DNA from: the human T2T-CHM13v2.0 reference genome, Homo sapiens
Length of the DNA: 64,000 nucleotides
Assembly: GCF_009914755.1 (NCBI RefSeq)
Contig: NC_060937.1
Reading direction: 5' to 3' (one strand)
Shown here: one piece after another, positions 26,801-41,420 of the stretch
Numbering within the stretch: position 1 is the first letter of the stretch
Layout of the letters: every line of letters starts with the position of its first letter
Position numbers and translations under genes: made by a program
The notes under the pieces: generated by a model
What the model saw: only the letters and a program-made list of their open reading frames with translations
Database searches by the model: none
Told to the model about the DNA's origin: nothing

Positions 26801-29704
26801 CACCAAAGGCATCAAAGCGCTCCAAATGTCCACTTCCAGATTCTTCCAAAAGAGTGTTTGAAACGTGCTCAAAGTAAGGGAATGTTCAACTCTGTGACTT
26901 GAATGCAGATATCACCAAGTAGTTTCTAATAGTGCTTCTGTCTAGATTTTAGATGATGATATTCCCGTTTCCAACGAAATCGTTAGAGCTATCCAAATAT
27001 CCACTTACAGTTGCTACAAAAACAGTGTTTCCAAACTGCTGCATCAAAAGAAAGGTTCAACTCTGTTAGTTGAGGACACACATCACAAAGAAGTTTGTGA
27101 GAATGCTTCTGTCTAGATTTTGTATGACGATATTCCCTTTTCCAACGATATCATTAAAGCAATCTAAATATCCATTTGCAGAATCCACAAAAATAGAGTT
27201 TCAAAGCTGCTCTGTAAAAAGAAAGGTTCCACTCTGTTAGCTGAGTACACACATCACAAACTTGTTTCTCAGAATCCTTCTGTCTCGTTTTTATGGGAAG
27301 ATATTTACTTTTTCACCGTAGGCATCAAAGCGCTCCAAATGTCCACATCCAGATACTCCAGAAAGAGTGTTTCAAACCTGCTCTATGAAAGGGAATCTTC
27401 AACTCTATGAGTTGAATGCAGACATCAGAAAGAAATTTCTGAGAATGCTGCTGTCTACCTTTTATTTGAATTCCCGCTTCCAACGAAATCCTCCAAGCTA
27501 TCCAAATATCCACTTGCAGATTCCACAAAAAGAGTGTTTCAAAACTGCTCTCTATCAATGGCAAAGTTCAACTCTGTTAGTTGAGGACACATATCACCAA
27601 CAAGTTTCTGAGAATGCTTCTGTCTATTTTTTATGGGAAGATATTTCCTTTTTCACCGTAGGCGTCAAGGCGATCGAAATGTCCACTTCCACAAACTACA
27701 AAAAGAGTGTTTCAAACCTGCTCTATGAAAGGCCATGTTCATCTCTATGAGTCGAATGGAAATATCCGAAAGAAATTTCTGGGAATGCTGCTGTCTAGTT
27801 TTTATACGAATTCCCGCTTCCAACGAAATCCTCAAAGCAATCCTAATATCCACTTGCAGAATCCACAAAAAGAGTGTTTCAAAACTGCTCTATCAATAGA
27901 AAGGTTCAACTCTTTTAGTTGAGTACACACATCACAAACAAGTTTCTGAGAATGCTTCTGTCTGGCTTTTATTGGAAGACGTTTCCTTTTCACCAAAGGC
28001 ATCAAAGCGCTCCAAATGTCCACTTCCAGATTCTTCCAAAAGAGTGTTTGAAACGTGCTCAAAGTAAGGGAATGTTCAACTCTGTGACTTGAATGCAGAT
28101 ATCACCAAGTAGTTTCTAATAGTGCTTCTGTCTAGATTTTAGATGATGATATTCCCGTTTCCAACGAAATCGTTAGAGCTATCCAAATATCCACTTACAG
28201 TTGCTACAAAAACAGTGTTTCCAAACTGCTGCATCAAAAGAAAGGTTCAACTCTGTTAGTTGAGGACACACGTCACAAAGAAGTTTGTGAGAATGCTTCT
28301 GTCTAGATTTTGTATGACGATATTCCCTTTTCCAACGATATCGTTAAAGCAATCTAAATATCCATTTGCAGAATCCACAAAAATAGAGTTTCAAAGCTGC
28401 TCTGTAAAAAGAAAGGTTCCACTCTGTTAGCTGAGTACACACATCACAAACTTGTTTCTCAGAATCCTTCTGTCTCGTTTTTCTGGGAAGATATTTACTT
28501 TTTCACCGTAGGCATCAAAGCGCTCCAAATGTCCACATCCAGATACTCCAGAAAGAGTGTTTCAAACCTGCTCTATGAAAGGGAATCTTCAACTCTATGA
28601 GTTGAATGCAGACATCAGAAAGAAATTTCTGAGAATGCTGCTGTCTACCTTTTATTTGAATTCCCGCTTCCAACGAAATCCTCCAAGCTATCCAAATATC
28701 CACTTGCAGATTCCACAAAAAGAGTGTTTCAAAACTGCTCTCTATCAATGGCAAAGTTCAACTCTGTTAGTTGAGGACACATATCACCAACAAGTTTCTG
28801 AGAATGCTTCTGTCTATTTTTTATGGGAAGATATTTCCTTTTTCACCGTAGGCGTCAAGGCGATCGAAATGTCCACTTCCACAAACTACAAAAAGAGTGT
28901 TTCAAACCTGCTCTATGAAAGGCCATGTTCATCTCTATGAGTCGAATGGAAATATCCGAAAGAAATTTCTGGGAATGCTGCTGTCTAGTTTTTATACGAA
29001 TTCCCGCTTCCAACGAAATCCTCAAAGCAATCCAAATATCCACTTGCAGAATCCACAAAAAGAGTGTTTCAAAACTGCTCTATCAATAGAAAGGTTCAAC
29101 TCTTTTAGTTGAGTACACACATCACAAACAAGTTTCTGAGAATGCTTCTGTCTGGCTTTTATTGGAAGACGTTTCCTTTTCACCAAAGGCATCAAAGCGC
29201 TCCAAATGTCCACTTCCAGATTCTTCCAAAAGAGTGTTTGAAACGTGCTCAAAGTAAGGGAATGTTCAACTCTGTGACTTGAATGCAGATATCACCAAGT
29301 AGTTTCTAATAGTGCTTCTGTCTAGATTTTAGATGATGATATTCCCGTTTCCAACGAAATCGTTAGAGCTATCCAAATATCCACTTACAGTTTCTACAAA
29401 AAGAGTGTTTCCAAACTGCTGCATCAAAAGAAAGGTTCAACTCTGTTAGTTGAGGACACACATCACAAAGAAGTTTGTGAGAATGCTTCTGTCTAGATTT
29501 TGTATGACCATATTCCCTTTTCCAGCGATATCATTAAAGCAATCTAAATATCCATTTGCAGAATCCACAAAAATAGAGTTTCAAAGCTGCTCTGTAAAAA
29601 GAAAGGTTCCACTCTGTTAGCTGAGTACACACATCACAAACTTGTTTCTCAGAATCCTTCTGTCTCGTTTTGATGGGAAGATATTTACTTTTTCACCGTA
29701 GGCA
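17805..29704 (-). repeat. Run of ten consecutive 7-mers with no 4-mer (11.9 kb)
   Basis: Anchors 17805 to 28515 step by exactly 1190 bp; the next 4-mer starts at 29705. Confidence 0.93.
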
Positions 29705-32700
29705 TCAAAGCGCTCCAAATGTCCACATCCAGATACTCCAGAAACAGTGTTTCAAACCTGCTCTATGAAAGGGAATCTTCAACTCTATGAGTTGAATGCA
29801 GACATCAGAAAGAAATTTCTGAGAATGCTGCTGTCTACCTTTTATTTGAACTCCCGCTTCCAACGAAATCCTCCAAGCTATCCAAATATCCACTTGCATT
29901 TTCCACAAAAAGAGTGCTTCAAAACTGCTCTATCAATAAATGTTCAACTCCTTTAGCTGGGTGCACACATCACAAACAAGTTTCTGAGAATGCTTCTGTC
30001 TAGTTTTTATGGGAAGACATTCCCTTTTTCACCAAAGGCATCAAAGCGCTCCAAATGTCCACTTCCAGACACTACAAAAAGAGTGTTTCCAACGTGCTCT
30101 AAGAAAGCGAATGTTCAACTCTGTGACTTGAATGCAGATATCACAAAGTAGTTTCTGAGAGGGCTTCTGTCTAGATTTTAGATGATGATATTCCCGTTTC
30201 CAACGAAATCATTAGAGCTATCCAAATATCCACTTACGGTTTCTACAAAAAGAGTGTTTCCAAACTGCTGCATCAAAAGAGAGGTTCCACTCTGTTAGCT
30301 GAGTACACACATCACAAACTTGTTTCTGAGAATCCTTCTGTGTCGTTTTTATGGGAAGATATTTACTTTTTCACCGTAGGCATCAAAGCGCTCCAAATGT
30401 CCACATCCAGATACTCCAGAAAGAGTGTTTCAAACCTGCTCTATGAAAGGGAATCTTCAACTCTATGAGTTGAATGCAGACATCAGAAAGAAATTTCTGA
30501 GAATGCTGCTGTCTACCTTTTATTTGAATTCCCGCTTCCAACGAAATCCTCCAAGCTATCCAAATATCCACTTGCAGATTCCACAAAAAGAGTGTTTCAA
30601 AACTGCTCTCTATCAATGGCAAAGTTCAACTCTGTTAGTTGAGGACACATATCACCAACAAGTTTCTGAGAATGCTTCTGTCTATTTTTTATGGGAAGAT
30701 ATTTCCTTTTTCACCGTAGGCGTCAAGGCGATCGAAATGTCCACTTCCACAAACTACAAAAAGAGTGTTTCAAACCTGCTCTATGAAAGGCCATGTTCAT
30801 CTCTATGAGTCGAATGGAAATATCCGAAAGAAATTTCTGGGAATGCTGCTGTCTAGTTTTTATACGAATTCCCGCTTCCAACGAAATCCTCAAAGCAATC
30901 CAAATATCCACTTGCAGAATCCACAAAAAGAGTGTTTCAAAACTGCTCTATCAATAGAAAGGTTCAACTCTTTTAGTTGAGTACACACATCACAAACAAG
31001 TTTCTGAGAATGCTTCTGTCTGGCTTTTATTGGAAGACGTTTCCTTTTCACCAAAGGCATCAAAGCGCTCCAAATGTCCACTTCCAGATTCTTCCAAAAG
31101 AGTGTTTGAAACGTGCTCAAAGTAAGGGAATGTTCAACTCTGTGACTTGAATGCAGATATCACCAAGTAGTTTCTAATAGTGCTTCTGTCTAGATTTTAG
31201 ATGATGATATTCCCGTTTCCAACGAAATCGTTAGAGCTATCCAAATATCCACTTACAGTTGCTACAAAAACAGTGTTTCCAAACTGCTGCATCAAAAGAA
31301 AGGTTCAACTCTGTTAGTTGAGGACACACATCACAAAGAAGTTTGTGAGAATGCTTCTGTCTAGATTTTGTATGACGATATTCCCTTTTCCAACGATATC
31401 GTTAAAGCAATCTAAATATCCATTTGCAGAATCCACAAAAATAGAGTTTCAAAGCTGCTCTGTAAAAAGAAAGGTTCCACTCTGTTAGCTGAGTACACAC
31501 ATCACAAACTTGTTTCTCAGAATCCTTCTGTCTCGTTTTTCTGGGAAGATATTTACTTTTTCACCGTAGGCATCAAAGCGCTCCAAATGTCCACATCCAG
31601 ATACTCCAGAAAGAGTGTTTCAAACCTGCTCTATGAAAGGGAATCTTCAACTCTATGAGTTGAATGCAGACATCAGAAAGAAATTTCTGAGAATGCTGCT
31701 GTCTACCTTTTATTTGAATTCCCGCTTCCAACGAAATCCTCCAAGCTATCCAAATATCCACTTGCAGATTCCACAAAAAGAGTGTTTCAAAACTGCTCTC
31801 TATCAATGGCAAAGTTCAACTCTGTTAGTTGAGGACACATATCACCAACAAGTTTCTGAGAATGCTTCTGTCTATTTTTTATGGGAAGATATTTCCTTTT
31901 TCACCGTAGGCGTCAAGGCGATCGAAATGTCCACTTCCACAAACTACAAAAAGAGTGTTTCAAACCTGCTCTATGAAAGGCCATGTTCATCTCTATGAGT
32001 CGAATGGAAATATCCGAAAGAAATTTCTGGGAATGCTGCTGTCTAGTTTTTATACGAATTCCCGCTTCCAACGAAATCCTCAAAGCAATCCAAATATCCA
32101 CTTGCAGAATCCACAAAAAGAGTGTTTCAAAACTGCTCTATCAATAGAAAGGTTCAACTCTTTTAGTTGAGTACACACATCACAAACAAGTTTCTGAGAA
32201 TGCTTCTGTCTGGCTTTTATTGGAAGACGTTTCCTTTTCACCAAAGGCATCAAAGCGCTCCAAATGTCCACTTCCAGATTCTTCCAAAAGAGTGTTTGAA
32301 ACGTGCTCAAAGTAAGGGAATGTTCAACTCTGTGACTTGAATGCAGATATCACCAAGTAGTTTCTAATAGTGCTTCTGTCTAGATTTTAGATGATGATAT
32401 TCCCGTTTCCAACGAAATCGTTAGAGCTATCCAAATATCCACTTACAGTTTCTACAAAAAGAGTGTTTCCAAACTGCTGCATCAAAAGAAAGGTTCAACT
32501 CTGTTAGTTGAGGACACACATCACAAAGAAGTTTGTGAGAATGCTTCTGTCTAGATTTTGTATGACCATATTCCCTTTTCCAGCGATATCATTAAAGCAA
32601 TCTAAATATCCATTTGCAGAATCCACAAAAATAGAGTTTCAAAGCTGCTCTGTAAAAAGAAAGGTTCCACTCTGTTAGCTGAGTACACACATCACAAACT

Positions 32701-35700
32701 TGTTTCTCAGAATCCTTCTGTCTCGTTTTTATGGGAAGATATTTACTTTTTCACCGTAGGCATCAAAGCGCTCCAAATGTCCACATCCAGATACTCCAGA
32801 AAGAGTGTTTCAAACCTGCTCTATGAAAGGGAATCTTCAACTCTATGAGTTGAATGCAGACATCAGAAAGAAATTTCTGAGAATGCTGCTGTCTACCTTT
32901 TATTTGAACTCCCGCTTCCAACGAAATCCTCCAAGCTATCCAAATATCCACTTGCATTTTCCACAAAAAGAGTGCTTCAAAACTGCTCTATCAATAAATG
33001 TTCAACTCCTTTAGCTGGGTGCACACATCACAAACAAGTTTCTGAGAATGCTTCTGTCTAGTTTTTATGGGAAGACATTCCCTTTTTCACCAAAGGCATC
33101 AAAGCGCTCCAAATGTCCACTTCCAGACACTACAAAAAGAGTGTTTCCAACGTGCTCTAAGAAAGCGAATGTTCAACTCTGTGACTTGAATGCAGATATC
33201 ACAAAGTAGTTTCTGAGAGGGCTTCTGTCTAGATTTTAGATGATGATATTCCCGTTTCCAACGAAATCATTAGAGCTATCCAAATATCCACTTACGGTTT
33301 CTACAAAAAGAGTGTTTCCAAACTGCTGCATCAAAAGAGAGGTTCCACTCTGTTAGCTGAGTACACACATCACAAACTTGTTTCTGAGAATCCTTCTGTG
33401 TCGTTTTTATGGGAAGATATTTACTTTTTCACCGTAGGCATCAAAGCGCTCCAAATGTCCACATCCAGATACTCCAGAAAGAGTGTTTCAAACCTGCTCT
33501 ATGAAAGGGAATCTTCAACTCTATGAGTTGAATGCAGACATCAGAAAGAAATTTCTGAGAATGCTGCTGTCTACCTTTTATTTGAATTCCCGCTTCCAAC
33601 GAAATCCTCCAAGCTATCCAAATATCCACTTGCAGATTCCACAAAAAGAGTGTTTCAAAACTGCTCTCTATCAATGGCAAAGTTCAACTCTGTTAGTTGA
33701 GGACACATATCACCAACAAGTTTCTGAGAATGCTTCTGTCTATTTTTTATGGGAAGATATTTCCTTTTTCACCGTAGGCGTCAAGGCGATCGAAATGTCC
33801 ACTTCCACAAACTACAAAAAGAGTGTTTCAAACCTGCTCTATGAAAGGCCATGTTCATCTCTATGAGTCGAATGGAAATATCCGAAAGAAATTTCTGGGA
33901 ATGCTGCTGTCTAGTTTTTATACGAATTCCCGCTTCCAACGAAATCCTCAAAGCAATCCAAATATCCACTTGCAGAATCCACAAAAAGAGTGTTTCAAAA
34001 CTGCTCTATCAATAGAAAGGTTCAACTCTTTTAGTTGAGTACACACATCACAAACAAGTTTCTGAGAATGCTTCTGTCTGGCTTTTATTGGAAGACGTTT
34101 CCTTTTCACCAAAGGCATCAAAGCGCTCCAAATGTCCACTTCCAGATTCTTCCAAAAGAGTGTTTGAAACGTGCTCAAAGTAAGGGAATGTTCAACTCTG
34201 TGACTTGAATGCAGATATCACCAAGTAGTTTCTAATAGTGCTTCTGTCTAGATTTTAGATGATGATATTCCCGTTTCCAACGAAATCGTTAGAGCTATCC
34301 AAATATCCACTTACAGTTGCTACAAAAACAGTGTTTCCAAACTGCTGCATCAAAAGAAAGGTTCAACTCTGTTAGTTGAGGACACACATCACAAAGAAGT
34401 TTGTGAGAATGCTTCTGTCTAGATTTTGTATGACGATATTCCCTTTTCCAACGATATCGTTAAAGCAATCTAAATATCCATTTGCAGAATCCACAAAAAT
34501 AGAGTTTCAAAGCTGCTCTGTAAAAAGAAAGGTTCCACTCTGTTAGCTGAGTACACACATCACAAACTTGTTTCTCAGAATCCTTCTGTCTCGTTTTTCT
34601 GGGAAGATATTTACTTTTTCACCGTAGGCATCAAAGCGCTCCAAATGTCCACATCCAGATACTCCAGAAAGAGTGTTTCAAACCTGCTCTATGAAAGGGA
34701 ATCTTCAACTCTATGAGTTGAATGCAGACATCAGAAAGAAATTTCTGAGAATGCTGCTGTCTACCTTTTATTTGAATTCCCGCTTCCAACGAAATCCTCC
34801 AAGCTATCCAAATATCCACTTGCAGATTCCACAAAAAGAGTGTTTCAAAACTGCTCTCTATCAATGGCAAAGTTCAACTCTGTTAGTTGAGGACACATAT
34901 CACCAACAAGTTTCTGAGAATGCTTCTGTCTATTTTTTATGGGAAGATATTTCCTTTTTCACCGTAGGCGTCAAGGCGATCGAAATGTCCACTTCCACAA
35001 ACTACAAAAAGAGTGTTTCAAACCTGCTCTATGAAAGGCCATGTTCATCTCTATGAGTCGAATGGAAATATCCGAAAGAAATTTCTGGGAATGCTGCTGT
35101 CTAGTTTTTATACGAATTCCCGCTTCCAACGAAATCCTCAAAGCAATCCAAATATCCACTTGCAGAATCCACAAAAAGAGTGTTTCAAAACTGCTCTATC
35201 AATAGAAAGGTTCAACTCTTTTAGTTGAGTACACACATCACAAACAAGTTTCTGAGAATGCTTCTGTCTGGCTTTTATTGGAAGACGTTTCCTTTTCACC
35301 AAAGGCATCAAAGCGCTCCAAATGTCCACTTCCAGATTCTTCCAAAAGAGTGTTTGAAACGTGCTCAAAGTAAGGGAATGTTCAACTCTGTGACTTGAAT
35401 GCAGATATCACCAAGTAGTTTCTAATAGTGCTTCTGTCTAGATTTTAGATGATGATATTCCCGTTTCCAACGAAATCGTTAGAGCTATCCAAATATCCAC
35501 TTACAGTTGCTACAAAAACAGTGTTTCCAAACTGCTGCATCAAAAGAAAGGTTCAACTCTGTTAGTTGAGGACACACATCACAAAGAAGTTTGTGAGAAT
35601 GCTTCTGTCTAGATTTTGTATGACGATATTCCCTTTTCCAACGATATCGTTAAAGCAATCTAAATATCCATTTGCAGAATCCACAAAAATAGAGTTTCAA

Positions 35701-37010
35701 AGCTGCTCTGTAAAAAGAAAGGTTCCACTCTGTTAGCTGAGTACACACATCACAAACTTGTTTCTCAGAATCCTTCTGTCTCGTTTTTATGGGAAGATAT
35801 TTACTTTTTCACCGTAGGCATCAAAGCGCTCCAAATGTCCACATCCAGATACTCCAGAAAGAGTGTTTCAAACCTGCTCTATGAAAGGGAATCTTCAACT
35901 CTATGAGTTGAATGCAGACATCAGAAAGAAATTTCTGAGAATGCTGCTGTCTACCTTTTATTTGAATTCCCGCTTCCAACGAAATCCTCCAAGCTATCCA
36001 AATATCCACTTGCAGATTCCACAAAAAGAGTGTTTCAAAACTGCTCTCTATCAATGGCAAAGTTCAACTCTGTTAGTTGAGGACACATATCACCAACAAG
36101 TTTCTGAGAATGCTTCTGTCTATTTTTTATGGGAAGATATTTCCTTTTTCACCGTAGGCGTCAAGGCGATCGAAATGTCCACTTCCACAAACTACAAAAA
36201 GAGTGTTTCAAACCTGCTCTATGAAAGGCCATGTTCATCTCTATGAGTCGAATGGAAATATCCGAAAGAAATTTCTGGGAATGCTGCTGTCTAGTTTTTA
36301 TACGAATTCCCGCTTCCAACGAAATCCTCAAAGCAATCCAAATATCCACTTGCAGAATCCACAAAAAGAGTGTTTCAAAACTGCTCTATCAATAGAAAGG
36401 TTCAACTCTTTTAGTTGAGTACACACATCACAAACAAGTTTCTGAGAATGCTTCTGTCTGGCTTTTATTGGAAGACGTTTCCTTTTCACCAAAGGCATCA
36501 AAGCGCTCCAAATGTCCACTTCCAGATTCTTCCAAAAGAGTGTTTGAAACGTGCTCAAAGTAAGGGAATGTTCAACTCTGTGACTTGAATGCAGATATCA
36601 CCAAGTAGTTTCTAATAGTGCTTCTGTCTAGATTTTAGATGATGATATTCCCGTTTCCAACGAAATCGTTAGAGCTATCCAAATATCCACTTACAGTTGC
36701 TACAAAAACAGTGTTTCCAAACTGCTGCATCAAAAGAAAGGTTCAACTCTGTTAGTTGAGGACACACATCACAAAGAAGTTTGTGAGAATGCTTCTGTCT
36801 AGATTTTGTATGACGATATTCCCTTTTCCAACGATATCGTTAAAGCAATCTAAATATCCATTTGCAGAATCCACAAAAATAGAGTTTCAAAGCTGCTCTG
36901 TAAAAAGAAAGGTTCCACTCTGTTAGCTGAGTACACACATCACAAACTTGTTTCTCAGAATCCTTCTGTCTCGTTTTTATGGGAAGATATTTACTTTTTC
37001 ACCGTAGGCA

Positions 37011-38198
37011 TCAAAGCGCTCCAAATGTCCACATCCAGATACTCCAGAAAGAGTGTTTCAAACCTGCTCTATGAAAGGGAATCTTCAACTCTATGAGTTG
37101 AATGCAGACATCAGAAAGAAATTTCTGAGAATGCTGCTGTCTACCTTTTATTTGAATTCCCGCTTCCAACGAAATCCTCCAAGCTATCCAAATATCCACT
37201 TGCAGATTCCACAAAAAGAGTGTTTCAAAACTGCTCTCTATCAATGGCAAAGTTCAACTCTGTTAGTTGAGGACACATATCACCAACAAGTTTCTGAGAA
37301 TGCTTCTGTCTATTTTTTATGGGAAGATATTTCCTTTTTCACCGTAGGCGTCAAGGCGATCGAAATGTCCACTTCCACAAACTACAAAAAGAGTGTTTCA
37401 AACCTGCTCTATGAAAGGCCATGTTCATCTCTATGAGTCGAATGGAAATATCCGAAAGAAATTTCTGGGAATGCTGCTGTCTAGTTTTTATACGAATTCC
37501 CGCTTCCAACGAAATCCTCAAAGCAATCCAAATATCCACTTGCAGAATCCACAAAAAGAGTGTTTCAAAACTGCTCTATCAATAGAAAGGTTCAACTCTT
37601 TTAGTTGAGTACACACATCACAAACAAGTTTCTGAGAATGCTTCTGTCTGGCTTTTATTGGAAGACGTTTCCTTTTCACCAAAGGCATCAAAGCGCTCCA
37701 AATGTCCACTTCCAGATTCTTCCAAAAGAGTGTTTGAAACGTGCTCAAAGTAAGGGAATGTTCAACTCTGTGACTTGAATGCAGATATCACCAAGTAGTT
37801 TCTAATAGTGCTTCTGTCTAGATTTTAGATGATGATATTCCCGTTTCCAACGAAATCGTTAGAGCTATCCAAATATCCACTTAGTTTCTACAAAAAGAGT
37901 GTTTCCAAACTGCTGCATCAAAAGAAAGGTTCAACTCTGTTAGTTGAGGACACACATCACAAAGAAGTTTGTGAGAATGCTTCTGTCTAGATTTTGTATG
38001 ACCATATTCCCTTTTCCAGCGATATCATTAAAGCAATCTAAATATCCATTTGCAGAATCCACAAAAATAGAGTTTCAAAGCTGCTCTGTAAAAAGAAAGG
38101 TTCCACTCTGTTAGCTGAGTACACACATCACAAACTTGTTTCTGAGAATCCTTCTGTCTAGTTTTTATGGGAAGATATTTACTTTTTCACCGTAGGCA
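37011..38198 (-). repeat. 7-mer variant with a 2-bp deletion (1188 bp); second copy at 55869-57056
   Basis: ccacttagtttcta instead of ccacttaCAgtttcta, at ~37883 and ~56741. Confidence 0.92.
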
Positions 38199-41100
38199 TC
38201 AAAGCGCTCCAAATGTCCACATCCAGATACTCCAGAAAGAGTGTTTCAAACCTGCTCTATGAAAGGGAATCTTCAACTCTATGAGTTGAATGCAGACATC
38301 AGAAAGAAATTTCTGAGAATGCTGCTGTCTACCTTTTATTTGAATTCCCGCTTCCAACGAAATCCTCCAAGCTATCCAAATATCCACTTGCATTTTCCAC
38401 AAAAAGAGTGCTTCAAAACTGCTCTATCAATAAATGTTCAACTCCTTTAGCTGGGTGCACACATCACAAACAAGTTTCTGAGAATGCTTCTGTCTAGTTT
38501 TTATGGGAAGACATTCCCTTTTTCACCAAAGGCATCAAAGCGCTCCAAATGTCCACTTCCAGACACTACAAAAAGAGTGTTTCCAACGTGCTCTAAGAAA
38601 GCGAATGTTCAACTCTGTGACTTGAATGCAGATATCACAAAGTAGTTTCTGAGAGGGCTTCTGTCTAGATTTTAGATGATGATATTCCCGTTTCCAACGA
38701 AATCATTAGAGCTATCCAAATATCCACTTACGGTTTCTACAAAAAGAGTGTTTCCAAACTGCTGCATCAAAAGAGAGGTTCCACTCTGTTAGCTGAGTAC
38801 ACACATCACAAACTTGTTTCTGAGAATCCTTCTGTGTCGTTTTTATGGGAAGATATTTACTTTTTCACCGTAGGCATCAAAGCGCTCCAAATGTCCACAT
38901 CCAGATACTCCAGAAAGAGTGTTTCAAACCTGCTCTATGAAAGGGAATCTTCAACTCTATGAGTTGAATGCAGACATCAGAAAGAAATTTCTGAGAATGC
39001 TGCTGTCTACCTTTTATTTGAATTCCCGCTTCCAACGAAATCCTCCAAGCTATCCAAATATCCACTTGCAGATTCCACAAAAAGAGTGTTTCAAAACTGC
39101 TCTCTATCAATGGCAAAGTTCAACTCTGTTAGTTGAGGACACATATCACCAACAAGTTTCTGAGAATGCTTCTGTCTATTTTTTATGGGAAGATATTTCC
39201 TTTTTCACCGTAGGCGTCAAGGCGATCGAAATGTCCACTTCCACAAACTACAAAAAGAGTGTTTCAAACCTGCTCTATGAAAGGCCATGTTCATCTCTAT
39301 GAGTCGAATGGAAATATCCGAAAGAAATTTCTGGGAATGCTGCTGTCTAGTTTTTATACGAATTCCCGCTTCCAACGAAATCCTCAAAGCAATCCAAATA
39401 TCCACTTGCAGAATCCACAAAAAGAGTGTTTCAAAACTGCTCTATCAATAGAAAGGTTCAACTCTTTTAGTTGAGTACACACATCACAAACAAGTTTCTG
39501 AGAATGCTTCTGTCTGGCTTTTTTTGGAAGACGTTTCCTTTTCACCAAAGGCATCAAAGCGCTCCAAATGTCCACTTCCAGATTCTTCCAAAAGAGTGTT
39601 TGAAACGTGCTCAAAGTAAGGGAATGTTCAACTCTGTGACTTGAATGCAGATATCACCAAGTAGTTTCTAATAGTGCTTCTGTCTAGATTTTAGATGATG
39701 ATATTCCCGTTTCCAACGAAATCGTTAGAGCTATCCAAATATCCACTTACAGTTGCTACAAAAACAGTGTTTCCAAACTGCTGCATCAAAAGAAAGGTTC
39801 AACTCTGTTAGTTGAGGACACACATCACAAAGAAGTTTGTGAGAATGCTTCTGTCTAGATTTTGTATGACGATATTCCCTTTTCCAACGATATCGTTAAA
39901 GCAATCTAAATATCCATTTGCAGAATCCACAAAAATAGAGTTTCAAAGCTGCTCTGTAAAAAGAAAGGTTCCACTCTGTTAGCTGAGTACACACATCACA
40001 AACTTGTTTCTCAGAATCCTTCTGTCTCGTTTTTCTGGGAAGATATTTACTTTTTCACCGTAGGCATCAAAGCGCTCCAAATGTCCACATCCAGATACTC
40101 CAGAAAGAGTGTTTCAAACCTGCTCTATGAAAGGGAATCTTCAACTCTATGAGTTGAATGCAGACATCAGAAAGAAATTTCTGAGAATGCTGCTGTCTAC
40201 CTTTTATTTGAATTCCCGCTTCCAACGAAATCCTCCAAGCTATCCAAATATCCACTTGCAGATTCCACAAAAAGAGTGTTTCAAAACTGCTCTCTATCAA
40301 TGGCAAAGTTCAACTCTGTTAGTTGAGGACACATATCACCAACAAGTTTCTGAGAATGCTTCTGTCTATTTTTTATGGGAAGATATTTCCTTTTTCACCG
40401 TAGGCGTCAAGGCGATCGAAATGTCCACTTCCACAAACTACAAAAAGAGTGTTTCAAACCTGCTCTATGAAAGGCCATGTTCATCTCTATGAGTCGAATG
40501 GAAATATCCGAAAGAAATTTCTGGGAATGCTGCTGTCTAGTTTTTATACGAATTCCCGCTTCCAACGAAATCCTCAAAGCAATCCAAATATCCACTTGCA
40601 GAATCCACAAAAAGAGTGTTTCAAAACTGCTCTATCAATAGAAAGGTTCAACTCTTTTAGTTGAGTACACACATCACAAACAAGTTTCTGAGAATGCTTC
40701 TGTCTGGCTTTTATTGGAAGACGTTTCCTTTTCACCAAAGGCATCAAAGCGCTCCAAATGTCCACTTCCAGATTCTTCCAAAAGAGTGTTTGAAACGTGC
40801 TCAAAGTAAGGGAATGTTCAACTCTGTGACTTGAATGCAGATATCACCAAGTAGTTTCTAATAGTGCTTCTGTCTAGATTTTAGATGATGATATTCCCGT
40901 TTCCAACGAAATCGTTAGAGCTATCCAAATATCCACTTACAGTTGCTACAAAAACAGTGTTTCCAAACTGCTGCATCAAAAGAAAGGTTCAACTCTGTTA
41001 GTTGAGGACACACATCACAAAGAAGTTTGTGAGAATGCTTCTGTCTAGATTTTGTATGACCATATTCCCTTTTCCAGCGATATCATTAAAGCAATCTAAA

Positions 41101-41403
41101 TATCCATTTGCAGAATCCACAAAAATAGAGTTTCAAAGCTGCTCTGTAAAAAGAAAGGTTCCACTCTGTTAGCTGAGTACACACATCACAAACTTGTTTC
41201 TCAGAATCCTTCTGTCTCGTTTTTATGGGAAGATATTTACTTTTTCACCGTAGGCATCAAAGCGCTCCAAATGTCCACATCCAGATACTCCAGAAAGAGT
41301 GTTTCAAACCTGCTCTATGAAAGGGAATCTTCAACTCTATGAGTTGAATGCAGACATCAGAAAGAAATTTCTGAGAATGCTGCTGTCTACCTTTTATTTG
41401 AAC

Positions 41404-41420
41404 TCCTGCTTCCAACGAAA
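41404..41420 (-). promoter_or_regulatory. Mutated CENP-B box (CpG>TpG) in a 4-mer
   Basis: aacTCCTGCTTCCAACGAAA; C>T at 41407, on the EcoRI-negative background. Confidence 0.88.
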
